Shown: positions 48,503 through 59,200 of the stretch, in pieces | How the letters are laid out: the number at the start of each line of letters is the position of its first letter | How positions within the stretch are numbered: the stretch's first letter is position 1 | IMG/VR virus record: IMGVR_UViG_3300046170_000446 | Coordinates: 41,118-105,117 of that record | Length of the DNA stretch: 64,000 nucleotides | Origin: a virus | Direction: 5' to 3' (one strand) | Notes under the pieces: model-generated | Seen by the model: only the letters and a program-made list of their open reading frames with translations | What the model was told of the DNA's origin: nothing | Databases searched by the model: none | Translations under genes and position numbers: made by a program

Positions 48503-49294
48503 ATGAAAAGAGTGGCTGAGGCTAAGAAAGCAGAAATCCTTACAGCAATCTTCGGGTCTGTCGAAGAAGCTGAAGCACGCTTGGATATGGTAAGAGAGGT
48601 ATTTGAGAAAGTAGACCAATGGGCAGAGAGCTCCTTCTTTGCTTCTCTAATCGAACAAGTTGAAGGAGGTAAGATCACACCTCACTTTGACACTCGCTCA
48701 GGCACATTAGACTTCGTTATTGGTGAACCTACGTCTGTTACTAATGACTCTCCGCTAAAAGCAGAGAAGCCCGCGCCTAAGACCTCGAAACCGCGAAGAG
48801 TTAGACGCGCATTTAAAAACTCTGATGTCCGTAAAATATCTCTAGATGAGCTTAGGAAAGAAGCTGACAAGTTAGGCATTGACGTGAGCCACTTAGGACG
48901 CAAGAAAAAAGAGATACTCGCGCTCTTGAATAGCTCTGCCGAAGAGCCTGAGGAGGTTAAGCCCGCCAAGTCTGTAGTGAAGCCTAAACCTAAAGCGGTA
49001 GAGCCTCCACTTCCTCAAACCAAGCCTCCGCAAGAAGAGAAGCCTAGCGACGACTTAAACTTCCTTGATGACTTTGACAACGAGCCTGTCGATGGAGGGA
49101 GTTTGTCCGAAGGCTTTGAGGTTGTTGTCGATGAGGTCTATATCCCTAAGTCTACCAAGTTTAACGCTACCTTATCGACAACCTTTGCGAAGAGAGGCAA
49201 GAAGGCTAATCTTAACCTAGGTTCGATCAGAGCGAGTGCGGGTGAGATTGACGTTGAGGATCTTCTTAAACCTGAGCCCAAGCCTGAGGCTTAG
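48503..49294 (+). CDS. Hypothetical protein with an HeH/Rho-N-like motif
   Basis: AAGGAG SD; SLDELRKEADKLGIDVSHLGRKKKEILALL. Confidence 0.65.
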   Translation: MKRVAEAKKAEILTAIFGSVEEAEARLDMVREVFEKVDQWAESSFFASLIEQVEGGKITPHFDTRSGTLDFVIGEPTSVTNDSPLKAEKPAPKTSKPRRVRRAFKNSDVRKISLDELRKEADKLGIDVSHLGRKKKEILALLNSSAEEPEEVKPAKSVVKPKPKAVEPPLPQTKPPQEEKPSDDLNFLDDFDNEPVDGGSLSEGFEVVVDEVYIPKSTKFNATLSTTFAKRGKKANLNLGSIRASAGEIDVEDLLKPEPKPEA

Positions 49295-50221
49295 CCTTTA
49301 CCGTAGTTTAAATAGTTAGCTACGGATTGGAGGATAGCGTGTGCTTGGGAGATTTTGCTCTCAGCCCAATCTTCTATGCAGGGGTTACTCTCAAGGTGCT
49401 TAAGAATGTCTCTAAGGTGGCTGTGGGTAGCGATAAGGTTTTGCCTGCTCATGTAGCAACCGTCAGAGCCTCCTAGTTGATCAAAAGCTCTTTTTACTGC
49501 TTTAGTCTTAGCTCTTTTCTCAGCGGCATCTAGGAAAGAAAGAGCAGTCCTCTTATCCGCAGACCGCGTAAAACTAAGGTTGCTAGGGAAAGTAATCCCT
49601 AAAGCCTTTGCCCTGCTTCTCAGCTCACCTGCGCTTGGTAAATTTTCATGTGAGCCATATTGATCGGCTAGCAAGACCCTTTGAACCGCTTGCATTTGCT
49701 TCGATGATAAATTGTCTCCGCGCTCTAACTGATTAATGATAGATAAAGTGAACGGAGAAGGGTCGAAAGACATACCCTTCAGTTTCTTAAGCAAAGTCTT
49801 GTTTTGACGCGTAATCTTAACGCCTGCTTTAGGGAAGAAATTTGCGATAGGTTTGCATCCAGGGGGCTCTTTGGAATGTGACTCTTTTTGCCGTAGCGAC
49901 TTTCCCTGTAATGTCTAGGTCGTGAGTCCCTTTTAATACTACACCACCTTCATCTAATATGTAGTGTACCCAAAAATATTTACCTCTAAATGAGGATTGG
50001 TGCGCTAAGACGAGCATTTTACTGCAAGCGAGAGTCCCTGCTGAAGTAAGGGAGCTTTGCGGGGCGAGTATAGCAGTGGGCTCGCTTAACCCATTTACGA
50101 AGTTGAGGACAAATCCTGCTTGAGCGGGGCTTGCCCAAGCCCCTCCCCTATTCTTGATAGCTCCTCTTAAAGACCTCGATATGTCTTCTATCTTGTCCAT
50201 TTCTTGCTGTGTAATCGGCAT
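49291..50221 (-). CDS. Multidomain putative virion protein (about 309 aa); +1 discontinuity at CCC-TAA (49829-49834)
   Basis: The +1 frame joins FLP to KAGVKITRQNKTLLKK. Contains an HeH-like motif and a C-terminal YMSRQNL...EDWAESKISQA...VANYL domain resembling phage head-associated proteins. Confidence 0.6.
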
Positions 50222-50279
50222 GGTATAACTCCTATAACCTTAATGTTAGAGACGCTTTATATTAGCTTAGGAGTATCAA

Positions 50280-50576
50280 ATGTCTAACGGTCAACAGAAA
50301 AACTGGTGGATCAGCAACGAGGGTAAGAATACTCTTGAAGAGGGAGCTCTCCCCGAAGAGACGGTGCTTGAGTTTCTTTGGCAGAACCCTTTTGCACGTA
50401 AAGACTTTGAGAAGATCGTACCTACGATGTCGGCTTATGAGAAGGAAAGACTCCGAAAATTAGTGCAGGATAATCCCTATATTAAGTACCTCATGCCCGA
50501 CCCTCAGGTGATGGGCGATAAGATACAATCTAACCATAACAAGGCGGGGGTGCGGTTAAACCTGCCTAAGAGGTAG
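50280..50576 (+). CDS. Hypothetical protein
   Basis: AGGAG SD, 98 aa. Confidence 0.6.
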   Translation: MSNGQQKNWWISNEGKNTLEEGALPEETVLEFLWQNPFARKDFEKIVPTMSAYEKERLRKLVQDNPYIKYLMPDPQVMGDKIQSNHNKAGVRLNLPKR

Positions 50577-50581
50577 CTCTC

Positions 50582-50839
50582 ATGGATAAGCTCAAAAGCA
50601 AAAAGTTCTTCGCCTTTCTCGTTGCAGATATCGGATGGAAAGCGTTTCTTTTCCTGATGATATATAAGTGGACACCTGAAGGCACAACCACTACCATCAT
50701 GCTCACCACAGTGGTAGTAAGTGGCTTCATACAAGCGGGGTACATCATTGGACAGGCGAGCTTAGATAAATATGTGCAAATCGCAGAAGTCGTCAGCAGA
50801 CGCGACAGCAAAGATAAAGATAAGGGGCAAGGTAGTTAA
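50582..50839 (+). CDS. Small two-TM protein, holin-like
   Basis: MDKLKSKKFF start, two TMs, charged C-terminal tail. Confidence 0.5.
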   Translation: MDKLKSKKFFAFLVADIGWKAFLFLMIYKWTPEGTTTTIMLTTVVVSGFIQAGYIIGQASLDKYVQIAEVVSRRDSKDKDKGQGS

Positions 50840-51233
50840 GTACATCCCCCACAAAATGTACGGCTTCCTTAGTGACGGGGAAGTTGTAGCTTTCTTCCAT
50901 TTGTCTCAGTTTAATAGCGCCCCCCCTGAACCGATTGTCGGTGAGCAAGTAGAGTACACTCTACATACGTCTAAGACAGGTAAGACCTACTGCACAGAAG
51001 TAGTGCGCTTAACTGAGCCCTTTAGACTAAAAGGTGTCGTCTGCCACTTTGATAGCACTAAAGGCTACGGTAAGGTCAAAGCCGATGATGGCTCTCATTA
51101 CTTTCTCCATCGCTCAGAGATGACTGACGGTAGGCATCCGAGCAAAGGAAGCGAAGTATTATTTTATAAAGGCATCCTGAAGGGCGAAAAGAGAGCCGTA
51201 TATATTGATTTGAAGGAGCAAGGCAATGAGTGA
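50772..51233 (+). CDS. Tandem cold-shock-domain protein
   Basis: GKVVKY..KMYGFL..FFHLS and GVVCHFDSTKGYGKV..YFLHRS (RNP1/RNP2 twice); start uncertain. Confidence 0.75.
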   Translation: MCKSQKSSADATAKIKIRGKVVKYIPHKMYGFLSDGEVVAFFHLSQFNSAPPEPIVGEQVEYTLHTSKTGKTYCTEVVRLTEPFRLKGVVCHFDSTKGYGKVKADDGSHYFLHRSEMTDGRHPSKGSEVLFYKGILKGEKRAVYIDLKEQGNE

Positions 51234-51810
51234 AATATTCGGAGTAGCGAGAAGCTACACAAAACTCTCAGAGATTGAGCAAGAGTTTTTAGAGCGCATG
51301 ACCGCCTCTCAAAACTTTGTTATCCACATTGTAGGCTGGGGCTATGTAGAGAACCCTAGGGTTAAGTTTGGTGACTTAAGATTAGGTCTTGAGTTTAGAC
51401 TCGACTTTGTAAAGCCACATGAGCCAGTGCCTGTTCACTACTTTGACTTAGAGCTGAGGACAAGATCAGGAGTCCTTCTATTTAAAGAGCGCCAATCTTG
51501 TATGTATGACGGGAAACCTGTGCTTGTGGGAGCAGGTCTTTTCTTCGACCTCGCGTGGGACATCGCAATCACCGCGATTGATCCGAAGCTGATTAAGATG
51601 GTGATGCCTAACACTATCGGACTCACCTCTAGGTTCATCGACAAAGAGACTCAGCAAGTGTCTCTTTACGGCAACACTAAGATGAGTGCTCAGGACAAGA
51701 AGCACCTAGAGCGAATGAGAGTTGCCGAGGCACTGTCTAAGAAAGACACTAAAGATAAAGCACTGAAAGCTCAGGTAGCAGAGACTAAGGCTGGAGTGGT
51801 AAAAAAATAG
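51226..51810 (+). CDS. Hypothetical protein
   Basis: AAGGAG SD, 194 aa. Confidence 0.65.
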   Translation: MSEIFGVARSYTKLSEIEQEFLERMTASQNFVIHIVGWGYVENPRVKFGDLRLGLEFRLDFVKPHEPVPVHYFDLELRTRSGVLLFKERQSCMYDGKPVLVGAGLFFDLAWDIAITAIDPKLIKMVMPNTIGLTSRFIDKETQQVSLYGNTKMSAQDKKHLERMRVAEALSKKDTKDKALKAQVAETKAGVVKK

Positions 51811-51867
51811 CTCCGCTTTTAAACTCATAATGCCCCCTAACCGACACAACCTAAGGAGGGGGGTGCT

Positions 51868-52164
51868 ATGTCTTTAAGAGTTCATTTAAAACAGGTCGAA
51901 GTCTCTTGTGACACTTGCTTGAGGAGTTGGTTTACAGTATCGAAGAAAGAGGTGGAGACTTTAAGGAAGCTATGCTCTAAAAGAGTACCGCCTCTCGATA
52001 GAGATCGGAGGGTGGCGCTTCTCCGCAGAAGATACAACAGGCTCGCTCAAATAATCGAGATACTAGCTTCCTCAGAGACGAGCCTAGAGATCATACAGCC
52101 AAAGATTAGGGTCTTGAAAAAGATCGTGGAGTCGCTCGGAGACTCTTTGAAAGACCGTAGGTAA
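51868..52164 (+). CDS. Hypothetical protein
   Basis: AAGGAGG SD, CxxC near the N-terminus. Confidence 0.55.
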   Translation: MSLRVHLKQVEVSCDTCLRSWFTVSKKEVETLRKLCSKRVPPLDRDRRVALLRRRYNRLAQIIEILASSETSLEIIQPKIRVLKKIVESLGDSLKDRR

Positions 52165-52179
52165 GAAAGGAATACCAGC

Positions 52180-52827
52180 ATGTTAAGACAGATCGGGGTC
52201 AGGGCTTACGCAGAATACTTTTGCCCTCTTAATCAATCCCACAGGTTTGAAACACTACTCTCTCCCATTGAAGCACCTCCACACGGCTTGAAGCCTATAC
52301 AGAGTGCAGAGAGTCCTTCTCTACTTTACCCTGTATATTATGCTGAGCCCTGTGAGAGAGATGGCGGTTACCTCTGCTTATCTCTTAGAGAAGACTCGCC
52401 TGCTTATGAGGACAGAAGGGCGCTGATAGAGGACTATTCAGAGGTGCGAGGTACGATTACTCAAAAGTACAGCTACACTCCTTGGAGTCACATTTCGTTT
52501 GAAGAAAAGCTCTTTAAGGCGATGTTTAAGGCTGAGCTGATGTTCCACTTTGACTACAGTCATGCACTAAGCGCCATAGTTTTAGGGTCTGACGGGCTTA
52601 TTAAAGAGCCTCGCTCCATTATTGAGGCTTGTGACCTACTGCTCATGTCCCGCTACATTGCAGATAAAAAGTGCAAGACAAGGGACAACCTAGAAGTACG
52701 CTTCCATGACACTCTTACCATGAAAGTCTTAGAAGACGAGTTTGAAGAGCACACCTTGACTCTTCACAGCCCTGATAACCCGTATCAAACTGTTCTGAGT
52801 GTTCTTAGATCAGCGCCGAGGGGTTAA
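52180..52827 (+). CDS. Hypothetical protein
   Basis: AAAGGA SD, 215 aa. Confidence 0.6.
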   Translation: MLRQIGVRAYAEYFCPLNQSHRFETLLSPIEAPPHGLKPIQSAESPSLLYPVYYAEPCERDGGYLCLSLREDSPAYEDRRALIEDYSEVRGTITQKYSYTPWSHISFEEKLFKAMFKAELMFHFDYSHALSAIVLGSDGLIKEPRSIIEACDLLLMSRYIADKKCKTRDNLEVRFHDTLTMKVLEDEFEEHTLTLHSPDNPYQTVLSVLRSAPRG

Positions 52828-52834
52828 GACAACT

Positions 52835-53175
52835 CAAAGAGGGGTTTCGGCTTGAAAACACAAGCGCCTCTTTTTGACCGAAAACGCTTACGGACATCCC
52901 TTTTCGCAAAGAAATCCTTACTCGGAGAGTTCAAGCTGTAATGTTAGGGTTTTCATTACAACCTGAAGATGTCTAAAGTAAGCCAATCTCGCGAGCTAAA
53001 TCCTAATATTACGGCTCAGATGCTGGCGAGGATTTTTAAAACCGCTTAGTTCTGGTTAATTCCGCCCGCCCAGCGCGTGTGGGGATGCCTCTGCTCTGCG
53101 AACCTATTAAGTGCTTGAAAACAATAGTTTATTAAAGGGGAGGGGGTTTCTGCCTTCAAACTCCCCCCTCTCCAC
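52835..53175. ncRNA. Candidate structured non-coding RNA
   Basis: About 450-bp gap without ORFs, containing nested stems (52886-52898 with 52968-52983, enclosing 52930-52943 with 52954-52967) and further hairpins. Confidence 0.4.
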
Positions 53176-53281
53176 GGCGAGCCTCTAAAACTTGATGTAA
53201 GAGGTCTTCTCGTTAGAGCACTTATAAGGAATTAATATCAGTAAACATACTGCAAACATTTTTCCTAAGCGAGGTTGGCTT

Positions 53282-56200
53282 ATGAACAGTCGAGTAGCCG
53301 CAAGGCAATTCTTCAGCCCCCATAAGGGCATTGTCCCTAAAGAGGTTTTGGATAAGGCTATGGGCCGTATTCTTGACGACCTCTTAGGTTTGAAAGAAGA
53401 GAAGCAAAAATCTATCTTCCCTAACTCTGTCCTTACAGGTCTTCGTCAAAGTGCTCTCGCCACAAAGGGCATTGAGAGAAAAGATTGGTGGGCTGTTCGT
53501 AACGGTACTATCGCAGTTTATGAGGATTTGTGTACCTTTGAGGTGTTGTTAGCCTCAGTCATGCCCAAGGCTATAGTAGGTCAGTCAATCATGGAGACTG
53601 ACCTGCAAGGTGACTTTAAGAAGAGCTACAGCATCCTCTTGAAAAACCTTCTCTCTAAGAAAAACAACCCTGCTACATATGTAAGAGTTAAAGCGTTAGG
53701 TGATCGCATTAACCGCGTCCTCGGTCGCCTAGAGAATACTGCAAAGTCTGCTTACGTATCTTGTAAGGCAGACTTTGACTCTTTTAGAACGACCCCTGTG
53801 ACGAGCCTTGACCCGCTACGTAGCTACTTTAATGGTGAGCTTGGGCTTTCACTCTCAGATCCGCAAATCCAAAAAGGTATCGGCTCTGATGGAACACTTA
53901 CAGAGCAGTTTCTCTTTGACGCTTTTAGCGAAGCCTGTAAAAACTTCGCAAAGAATAAGCGGTTCGGGACACTAAAGAAGCAACTTAAAGCCTTCCTAGA
54001 CCCTACCAAGGGGCTCTTCGTTGAGTATATCACCTTGATCTTGGACTCTATCGAGACGTTCAAGCGTAAGGAGCTTGTCTACTCATCGCGAACCCGCGCT
54101 ACTATGATTAAGCAGATTTCTGATATCAGCCAGTCAGTCTATGACATCAACGTAGCTAATCGTACTTTTAACGGGATGACTAGTGAAGAGCGTATTTCCT
54201 ATTGCGCTACAATGTCTCTGAGCGACCTTTTAGACAAAGGACTTGTCAGCCTCTATCCTGGAGTCAGCACTGAGGATGCTCTAGCTGTCCGACGTGATGA
54301 GATTAGTGCCTCTCTTAAGTCTACTAAGAAGAGCACCAAAATCTTCGGTGTCGTACAGAGAAAGAAGCGCGGTGCTTTCTTTAGCTACGGTGTTTGGCGT
54401 AAGGCGCGTGCAAAGGAGCTCGACCTTAAGGGTAGCTCCGATAGCATTAAAACGGCAATCCTTGAGAACGACTATATTACAGAGGTCGCTGAAGATTACG
54501 TCAGACGATATATGGAAGATAAAGGCTACGAGAAAGTCGGCAAAGACCAAGTAGTCTTCTTACCTGACAACGGAGGCTCTCGAAAAGTCTTTGAGTACAA
54601 GAAGAAGGGTGAGCCCACTCGCTTTATTACTATTAATAAAGAGGACATGGCTAACATTAAGACTCCTCTTGAGTTCGACACGATGGAAGACGTTCGCGAC
54701 CACTACAAGCAGGTCAACCGTCCTAACCAGCTCTTGCTCAAGAACCCTTATGTTCTTCAAGACCTTCAAAGCCGCAATCTCCCTAAGATTACAGAGGCGA
54801 TGGAGTCTCAGCTCTTCGGTGATGTTGTCTACAAGTCTCTTTCAGATGACGCTTCCTCAAACTCAATCACCCGTGTCTATCCGACCCGTAAGATTGAGAT
54901 TGACGGCTTCGAGTATAATGTAGTGACTGACGGGCGCTTTAAAGGTCACATCCTCGAATTCTTGGTGAACGCGGCTGGTAAACAGATTGAGGGCTCACGT
55001 CTTGAGTACAGCTCAGCGTTCAGCGCCGCTCTCGGAGACAACTTTAGTCTCTTTACATCAGGTCAGCGTAAAGGTAAACGCTCGCAGTCAAGCCGAGAGA
55101 TTAAGTTCGAGGGCGAGATTAATGGTCGTAAAGTCACCGTGAATGGTCTTGCGCCAACTCTTGACCTTGAGCCGTTCATGTCTACCTACGAGGGTGGTGA
55201 GGGTGACACTAAGCTGTTCTTGACGCTCCCAACGGCATCTCGCCCTGACGGGCTCAAGTCTCCATACGCTGATCTCGCTATGCGTGAGAAAATCGCTAGT
55301 TTTGTAGATCAGTTCTGCCCTGAGTCTGTTAACATTAGCGCAGACGTACAGGATAAGAAAGATAAGGACGGCAACTTGGTTGTTGCCCAGCATGCTATTT
55401 ATCTCGTTGATCCTTCCGATTACGCTAAGATTAGAGATGAGCTTGGCTCTTGTGCAATGACGACGGACGCGAACCGTACCGTTGAGGGCTACTATCAAAA
55501 CCTCAGACGCTTCGTCGCGGCTACTAGCGAAGACAACCTGAGCTTCTACTCAGCAGATGCTCTTAAAGACATCGGTGATAACCCTTACTTTAAGCCAGGT
55601 GTTAAGCTCAACAATATGCAGAGAAAAGCTATCGCATGGATGGAAGAAAACGGCTTCCGAGGTGTGATGGGTCTTGGGACAGGTGTCGGTAAGACGCTTC
55701 TCTCAGCGGTTTCTGCTTACATGATCCTTGAGCAAAAGTTCCAAGAGGGTGGAGACACTTCTAACGGACGTGTTCTTTACGTCCAGCCGAAAGCTCTTGT
55801 TGGTAACCTTACAGGAGAGCTTCAAGTCCTTACCAATATCCCTAACGCGATTGGTAACATCGGTAAAGACGTGCTCTCTCTTCAGATCGCAGACGGCTCT
55901 TCTCAGAGTCTTGAGGCGCTACGTTCAGATAGCCCTCGTCGTGCTTTCGATGAGGTTGCGTATGAGACGTTTGACGCTATGCCTCAAGATGATATTGACC
56001 GCTACTCAGCGATCTTGTTCGATGAGGCTCAGAACCTTAACCCTGTCAACCCGCTCTCTACGTCTCGCGCAAGAAAAGCGGCGAGAGCTCAGACAGAGAA
56101 CAAAATCCTTCTTACGGCTTCTACTATGGAGGAGTCTCCGCAAGACCTCTTCAAGCTCGTAGCGATCACTAACGGGCAAGACCTGTTCCCTGACGCTAAA

Positions 56201-59200
56201 CTTAAGGCGAGTCAGAAGAACGGCATCTTGTACGAAGACCTCCACGACTTCCCTACTGACAGCGCGTCAGATAAGAAGCGTAAAGCTGAGATCAAGCGTA
56301 TCTTGAAAGATAACGGTGTAAAACTTGAAGGCATCACCTACTCAGGTAAGGTGACCTACGCAACGACCTCAGCAGGTAGAGGCCACCTCGGTGCGGTTAG
56401 GGATCTTCTTCAGGCTAATCTCGTCACCCCTGCGTTTAAGAGAGAGATTACTTCAAACAACCGCCAGTCTGTAGGACGTATCCGAGATGCTATTAAAGCT
56501 CGCGGTGCTCGTAATATTAGCGCGGTCGCACAAGCAGTCGGTGTCTCTCAGCAACAGTACGAGCACTACATCAAGAAAAACTCTGCTCTTGTCGCGATGT
56601 ATGGCGGTAAGAGACTCGTCAATCCTATTATCGGTCGTAATCTTAAGGTTGCTGAAAACTTCCAAGATAACTACGCGACTCGTATTGGATCACGTTGGGT
56701 CGGGCTCAACCCTGATCGTATCAAGAAGAACGAGTTTTTGACTTGGGTGAGCACAAACGCTTTCTTCGCTAACAAGCTCGATGTTGACTTTGAGGAGATC
56801 AACAAGCCTGCTCTCGCAAGTATTGATCAAGAGACAGTGACTCTCTCAATGCCTAAGGAGCTTGAAGAGTGTTACAAGAAGATTGCTAAGAATGTTGCGA
56901 CTTCTCTTAATAATCTCTCGCTCTACTTTAAGGATGGTCGAGTTGATCAAGAGGGGCTCAAGAAGCTCAAGCCTTCTGAGCGTAACGAGTTGTTCTCTCA
57001 GGTCAACAAAGTCTCCCGTCAAATGAAGGTTCTCAATATGCTCAACCTTCGTCCTAGAGAGGCGATTGAGCTGGCTATGAAGCCTTCTAGAGGACAGAAA
57101 GCCTTGCTCTCTAAAGACGAGGGTCAGAAACTCATGACGCACTTTACTCGACTAACGAGTGGAGGCATGGACGTTGGTTATAAGAGCATAGAAGGAGCTA
57201 AACTCGCCTCTGAGCGTATGCGCGAGGGCGCAGGGCTCTCAAGGACGATTTTCTTCGCAGACGACCCTGCTACTGTCGAGAGACATGCTCAGTTTATGAG
57301 TAAACAAAAGGGTATGACCGACTCTTACCACGTATCAGGCACAGCTAAGAGCATTAAGGTCTTCTGCAAAGGGCAACTTAAGAAGAGTTTTGAAATCCCT
57401 AAAACGCCTACAGCGGCTAAGAAGATCGAGTCTGAGATTAACGACTTTAAGGTTAAGAGCTTAGGCTTCTCGCCAAATAACGGTGGAGCGCCTCGACCAC
57501 CGAAGCCTTCGCAGTTTAAGACTTACCGCGCTAAAGCAAAGAACGCTTCCCCTAGCGGAGCTATGACGCTGATCTCTAATGTTTTAGAGAACGCTAAGAA
57601 GGTTCAGCAAGCGTGGGCTAAGGTTAGCGCAGTCGGCTCTGCTCATTACGAGTCAGCTCAGGCGCTCGATGCTCAAGTTGTCGCAGGGCTCACATCTCTC
57701 AACCGTAGCGACAACTACGCTACCGTGTCCGAGAGTGCTCTCCGCGATGCTAAGTTTAGAGAAGAGGTAGTCATCGACGCTCTCTCGATGAGAGATAAAA
57801 ACCTCTACAACCGAAGCGTGATTGAGAAAATCCTCAACCCGCCTATCCCTCAGACCTCGCTTGAGGACAGAGAAGATGATTATCTGATCACACAAGCACG
57901 CGCTCTTGACCTTAACAAGGTGCTCGACAAGTATCTTGACCCTGAGAACCCTAAGGCTCTCAAATCAGGTAAGGTCGCCCGTAAGAACGTCATCAAGGCG
58001 ATCAAGGATGAGCAGAAGAAGCGTAAGGGGATTAACCCAGGTAACTGGCAGAAGAAAGTCATCGAGTCTCTCTTCGTTAAAGACCCTGCTTGCGGTGTGG
58101 TTACGGTTACCCTCACAGGTAAAGAAGGCCGTAAAGGTAGCTCCGCAGGTTTCTCTAAGGGCTTTAACCTTCAGACCTTTGATACTGTCATCCACCTAGA
58201 CCGTAACTCATGGTCTTCAGAAGAGATGGAGCAGAGACGTGGGCGTGCTTGGCGTACAGGTCAGCCTGATCGCGTTCAAGAGTACACCGTCGATCTCGTT
58301 TTCGCGAATGAGAAAGATTACGTTGATGCTTCAGAGCAAAACAAGCAGGTTGATAAGCTCTCAGACGAAGAGTTGCTCAGCTTAGCTAATAAGCTCATTG
58401 AGAAAGCTGGCGGAACACTTGAGGAAATCTCCAACGCGATGCCTAATATCGGAGAGATGCCGAAAGCTGTCCGTGAGGCTGATGGTTCAAGTGAAGATAA
58501 GAAGACTGCTTATGCTGTGCGTATGGGTCTTGAGGTCGCGATTAAGGGCTACCTCGCTGAGAAGATGGACGAGGCGCTTGACAGCAACGCTGGCGGGCTC
58601 CTTTCTTCTGTTGATACGATCCGCAAGTACCTTGAGCAGTCAGATAGTGACTTGTTTGCTCAGGTTATCCAAGGGTCTACTCAGCTCACTGAAGCCGACG
58701 ATGACGGAGAGGCTCTTCTCGGCAAAGAGTATTTCTCAGATGAAGAGAAGGTTGGCGGTAAAGCTCTCTCTCTTCAGAACCAAGCGTTTATCGGTTCACT
58801 TGCACCTATCGGTAGCGGTCTGAAGGAAAATGATGAGAGACAGAAGAAGATTAACGCTGATCCGATCCGATCTCTCAAACTTTCTGAAGACTTAGGGCGC
58901 TTTAATGAGGCTAACGTGTCTGTCGGTGGGTCTAAGAAGAGTGCTACAGACTTAATGGACGCAGAGGCTGAGATTAATGTGGACATTAGTGCTCAGCTTG
59001 ACGGACTGCCTTCAGTACCTACAGCGGCTGACCTGATTGATATGTCAGGCTTCAGTGGTCTTAACGGTCTAAAGGGTGGCATGGACGTGAACGTCAACCT
59101 TCAGGTTGGTGAGAGCTCTGTTAACGCAGTGCGTCAAAACGTCAAACTCCCTGAGGGCGCGACTCTCATTGAAGACGGCATGATGTCTGTTAATGTTAAG

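Noticed and set aside
50810-50840. Fusion of the holin-like gene to the cold-shock gene through another +1 error in GGGG
   Set aside because: Possible, but both ORFs look complete separately and an upstream GTG start exists; cannot be decided without reads.
53137-53175. tmRNA or tRNA-Ala-like acceptor (GGGGAGG/CCTCTCC-A with G3-U)
   Set aside because: Both strands are in one local hairpin with no proper T arm, CCA or tag ORF; best treated as a hairpin or terminator.
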